Source: Candidatus Velthaea sp.
Lineage (GTDB): Bacteria > Vulcanimicrobiota > Vulcanimicrobiia > Vulcanimicrobiales > Vulcanimicrobiaceae
Assembly: GCA_050012475.1 (NCBI GenBank)
Contig: JBEKHC010000063.1
Span: 1 to 30,064, forward strand
Direction: 5' to 3'
Length of the DNA stretch: 30,064 bases
This document shows positions 26,850 to 30,064 of the stretch, in pieces (the stretch's first letter is position 1; each line of letters starts with the position of its first letter). The position numbers and the translations under genes are program-made. The notes beneath the pieces were generated by a model. It worked only from the letters and a program-made list of their open reading frames with translations. It made no database searches and had not been told where the DNA came from.

Positions 26850-27037
26850 ACAACGATGCTCTGGCCGCGATCGTAGCGGCCGCTCACGTGCTGCTCGCGG
26901 GCGCGCAGACCGAAGAGCCCGCGCCCGCAGCCGCAGGCTGGACGATTGCCGGCCGCTTGAGTTCGCTCGACGCCGACCAAACCCGGCGCGTTGCACGCTT
27001 CCGCTCGCGCTGGGCCATGATGGGACGACTGCCTTGA
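26846..27037 (+). CDS. Probable acyl-CoA carboxylase epsilon-like small subunit
   Basis: 63 aa (MNNDALAAIVAAAHVLL...WTIAGR...SRWAMMGR): hydrophobic LAAIxAA helix plus W-x-x-x-G-R motifs; overlaps both neighbours (ATGA, TTGA). Confidence 0.65.
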   Translation: MNNDALAAIVAAAHVLLAGAQTEEPAPAAAGWTIAGRLSSLDADQTRRVARFRSRWAMMGRLP

Positions 27038-28803
27038 CAAAACCGCCGTTTGCTACGATCCTCATCGCCAATCGCGGCGAGATCGCGATTCGAATCATTC
27101 GCAGCGCCCGTGAGTTGGGTTGCCGCACGGTCGCCGTGTATTCGGATCCCGATCGCGACGCGCGGCACGTCCAGATGGCCGATGAAGCGTATCATTTGGG
27201 CGCGGCTTCGCCCGCCCAAAGCTATCTCAACAGCGAGAAGCTGCTCGCCGTCGCCAAGGAGTGCGGCGCGGACGCCGTTCATCCGGGCTACGGATTCTTC
27301 GCCGAAAACGCCGACTTCGCGCGCGCGGTCATCGACGCGGGGATGGCCTGGATCGGTCCGCATCCCGCTGCGATCGAAGCGATGGGCGGAAAAATCCGCT
27401 CGCGGCAGGCGATGGTCGCGGCCGGCGTGCCCGTCGTCCCCGGCGGGACCGAGGAAATCACCAGCGCGCGCGCGGCCCGCGCCGCAGCGCAGGAATACGG
27501 TCTGCCCCTCGCGCTCAAAGCCTCCGGCGGCGGCGGCGGCAAGGGCCTCAAGATCGCGCGCACGCTGGGTGAGATCGACTCCGCGTTCGCCAACGCGCAG
27601 CGCGAAGCGCGCGCGTACTTCAACAATCCGACCATCTACGCCGAGCGCTATCTCGACAATCCCAAACACGTCGAACTGCAAATCGTCGCCGACAAACACG
27701 GCAACGTCGTCCACATCGGCGAGCGCGACTGTTCGCTGCAGCGCCGGCATCAAAAGCTTTGGGAAGAAGCGCCGGCGACCATTACGTCGCACGTGCGCGA
27801 AGGCATCCGCAGCGCCGGCATAACGGCAGCGCGAGCCATCGGTTACGACAGCGTCGGGACGGTCGAGTGTTTGGTCGCCAACGACGAGTTCTTCTTCTTG
27901 GAGATGAACACGCGCATTCAGGTCGAGCATACGATCTCCGAGGAGATTTCCGGGATCGATCTGGTGCGCGAACAGATTTGCGTCGCCGCCGGCCGGCCGC
28001 TTTCGTTCACCCAAGAGGAAGTGGTGTTCAGCGGTCACGCCATCGAGGTGCGCGTCAACGCCGAAGATCCCGCGCACGACTTCCAGCCCGCGCCCGGCAC
28101 GATCGTCGACTACCGCGAGCCGGGCGGCTTCGGGGTCCGGATCGACTCCGCGGCGTTCCCAGGGTTCGTGATCTCGCCCGATTACGATTCGATGATCGCC
28201 AAGCTCATCGTGTGGGGCCGCGACCGCACCGAAGCTCTGCAGCGGCTGGGCCGCGCACTCGACGAATACCAAGTCACCGGCGTTCCGACGACGCTCTCGC
28301 TGCTGCGCGCACTCATCGATTTCGAGCCGGTCGTCGAAGCATCGTACGGAACGTCGACACTCGAAACGTTCGCCTCGACGCTGGCTCCGCTCGTCAGCAG
28401 GAACGGCGCTTTGGCCGAAGCGACCGTCGACGCTCCGGTCGACACCGAAACCGTGCGCGTCGAAGTGAACGGCAAACTTTTTCGCGTGCGGTTCGTCGAT
28501 CTGCCGGCGCCGACCATGGCCCGGGCCGGCGCCACCAACGGGGCGCGAACCAGCGCCAAGAAAGGCGCGCGGCGCAGCAGCACGCCGACCGGCAACGAAA
28601 TCCGCTCGCCCATGCACGGCGTGGTCGTCGAGGTTCCCGTGCACGAAGGCGATCCGGTTGCCGAAGGCGAGGTCGTCGTCATCATCGAGGCAATGAAGAT
28701 GATGAACGAGATCCGCTCGCACAAAGCCGGTCTCATCGCCGGCGTTCACGCGGTACCGGGGGCGACCGTGGAGGCGCAGACCCGGCTCATCACGCTGGCA
28801 TAG
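27034..28803 (+). CDS. Acyl-CoA carboxylase alpha subunit (biotin carboxylase + biotin carboxyl carrier domain)
   Basis: 589 aa from TTG; LIANRGEIA, HPGYGFFAEN, KASGGGGGKG, ERDCSLQRRHQK, EMNTRIQVEH, YDSMIAKL, biotinylation motif EAMKM. Confidence 0.95.
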   Translation: MTKPPFATILIANRGEIAIRIIRSARELGCRTVAVYSDPDRDARHVQMADEAYHLGAASPAQSYLNSEKLLAVAKECGADAVHPGYGFFAENADFARAVIDAGMAWIGPHPAAIEAMGGKIRSRQAMVAAGVPVVPGGTEEITSARAARAAAQEYGLPLALKASGGGGGKGLKIARTLGEIDSAFANAQREARAYFNNPTIYAERYLDNPKHVELQIVADKHGNVVHIGERDCSLQRRHQKLWEEAPATITSHVREGIRSAGITAARAIGYDSVGTVECLVANDEFFFLEMNTRIQVEHTISEEISGIDLVREQICVAAGRPLSFTQEEVVFSGHAIEVRVNAEDPAHDFQPAPGTIVDYREPGGFGVRIDSAAFPGFVISPDYDSMIAKLIVWGRDRTEALQRLGRALDEYQVTGVPTTLSLLRALIDFEPVVEASYGTSTLETFASTLAPLVSRNGALAEATVDAPVDTETVRVEVNGKLFRVRFVDLPAPTMARAGATNGARTSAKKGARRSSTPTGNEIRSPMHGVVVEVPVHEGDPVAEGEVVVIIEAMKMMNEIRSHKAGLIAGVHAVPGATVEAQTRLITLA

Positions 28804-28883
28804 GCCAGGGTCCCAACGTTTGAGACCGCTGCGAGCGGCTGCTTTTGCAGGAGCGCGCAGCGGCGCGGCGCTACCGAGCCACC

Positions 28884-29915
28884 GTGGACGTCATGATCGC
28901 AACCCCGCTCGAAGCGGACCTCGCGGAGCGCATCGCCGGCGTTCCGGGCGTTCGGGTGCTGTTCGCGGCGGAACTGCTGCCCGCGCCGCGTTATCCGTCG
29001 GATCACCGCGGCGGCGACGGTTTCGTGCGCGACGCCGCCGGCGAGAAACGCTGGAATGCGATGCTCGCCGTGGCCGAGGTGCTGTACGGCATACCAGGTG
29101 AAAGCGGTTCGCAGCTGGCGGCGGCGATTTCGCGGGCCCCGGCCCTGCGCTGGGTGCAAGGAACGTACGCGGGCGCCGGGGAGCAAGTCCGCGCCGCCCA
29201 CCTCGCCCCCGCCGACCTCGAGCGCATCACGTTCACCACGTCCGCCGGCGTGCACGGCGGAATGCTCGCCGAATTCGCGTTTTTCGGTCTGCTCGCGCTG
29301 CGCAAAGACGCGCTCCGGCTCGACCGTATCCGGAGCGCCCGCGGCTGGGATCATTTTGCGATGGACGAACTCGACGGCTCGACCATCGCAGTGGTGGGCA
29401 TGGGCAACATCGGCCAGGCGCTCGCGCACCGCGCCCGTGCTTTCGGCATGCACGTCATCGGCGTCACGCGCACGGGGCAAGCGCATCCGGCGGCAGACGA
29501 AACGGTCCCGATCGATGCCGCCACAGATGCCTACCGGCGCGCCGACGCGATCGTCGCAACCTTGCCCGGTACCGAGGCCACGCGCCATCTGATCGACCGC
29601 GCGACGATCGCGTCGTGGAAGCCGTCGGCAGTTTTCATCAACGTCGGGCGCGGCACCGTCGTCGATCAAGCCGCGCTCGTCGACGCACTGGTCGCAGGTG
29701 CAATTCACGGCGCGGTGCTCGACGTCTGCGATCCCGAACCGTTGCCGCCAGACAACCCGCTCTGGACGCTGCCCAACGTGATCTTCAGTCCGCATACCGC
29801 GGCCCTGTCGGTGCACGAAAACGAACGCATCGTCGAACTCTTCTGCGACAACCTGCGCCGGTACGCCGCCGGCATACCGCTGCGCAACGTCGTCGACATC
29901 CACGAGTTCTACTAA
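28884..29915 (+). CDS. D-2-hydroxyacid dehydrogenase family protein
   Basis: GMGNIG Rossmann motif, INVGRG, LDVCDPEPL, FSPHTA (Arg/Glu/His triad). Start uncertain (28845, 28884 or 28893). Confidence 0.92.
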   Translation: MDVMIATPLEADLAERIAGVPGVRVLFAAELLPAPRYPSDHRGGDGFVRDAAGEKRWNAMLAVAEVLYGIPGESGSQLAAAISRAPALRWVQGTYAGAGEQVRAAHLAPADLERITFTTSAGVHGGMLAEFAFFGLLALRKDALRLDRIRSARGWDHFAMDELDGSTIAVVGMGNIGQALAHRARAFGMHVIGVTRTGQAHPAADETVPIDAATDAYRRADAIVATLPGTEATRHLIDRATIASWKPSAVFINVGRGTVVDQAALVDALVAGAIHGAVLDVCDPEPLPPDNPLWTLPNVIFSPHTAALSVHENERIVELFCDNLRRYAAGIPLRNVVDIHEFY

Positions 29916-29946
29916 CTCGTTGCTGCACGGCTCCCTTGTGAGCGCT

Positions 29947-30064
29947 GCGCGAAACGACCGTTTTCACCGGCGTCTTGCGCGCGCGTCGGCGGCTTCTTCC
30001 GTCCTGTCTTCAGGTCTTGAAGCGCGAGACGATCATTTCACCGGCGTCTTGCGCGCGCATCGAC
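29947..30064. repeat. Two copies of a ~44-bp imperfectly palindromic repeat with a 31-bp spacer, running to the window edge
   Basis: Copies at 29947-29990 and 30022-30064; identical 23-bp core TTTCACCGGCGTCTTGCGCGCGC at 29962-29984 and 30036-30058. Confidence 0.8.

Noticed and set aside
26884..28749. 621-aa minus-strand ORF
   Set aside because: Antisense shadow of the biotin carboxylase gene.
29947..30064. Firm CRISPR array call
   Set aside because: Only two imperfect copies, no cas genes in the window, truncated by the edge; kept as an unresolved repeat.

Overview
GC-rich bacterial chromosomal window; the ClpC N-terminus ([14 protein letters not shown]) and gene content suggest Candidatus Eremiobacterota, which is my inference and unverified. 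Left to right: a secreted GH76-like protein; a phosphoribulokinase homologue; a His-rich exported protein and a sugar ABC transporter (binding protein + 2 permeases, no ATPase); a WYL regulator; cydAB; a DUF1778/GNAT (TacAT-type) toxin-antitoxin pair; a class III CoA-transferase; a PhzF-family protein; a SWIM-SNF2 helicase; clpC; a SufT/DUF59 protein; an exported hypothetical protein; then an acyl-CoA carboxylase (beta, epsilon-like, BC-BCCP) interrupted by a PQQ cluster and an alpha/beta-hydrolase; and a D-2-hydroxyacid dehydrogenase. Main findings: (1) the full-length PRK has substitutions at catalytic positions (S19P, D42E, E131R) and at three NADH-allostery arginines, making it a candidate pseudo-enzyme or repurposed kinase. 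(2) The PQQ cluster has the unusual order pqqA-C-D-E-B, its 34-aa pqqA is missing from the ORF track, and it appears inserted gene-precisely into the carboxylase operon with TGAAC at both junctions. (3) The TA module is flanked by a degenerate 22-bp direct repeat. No rRNA, tRNA, transposase or integrase was seen.
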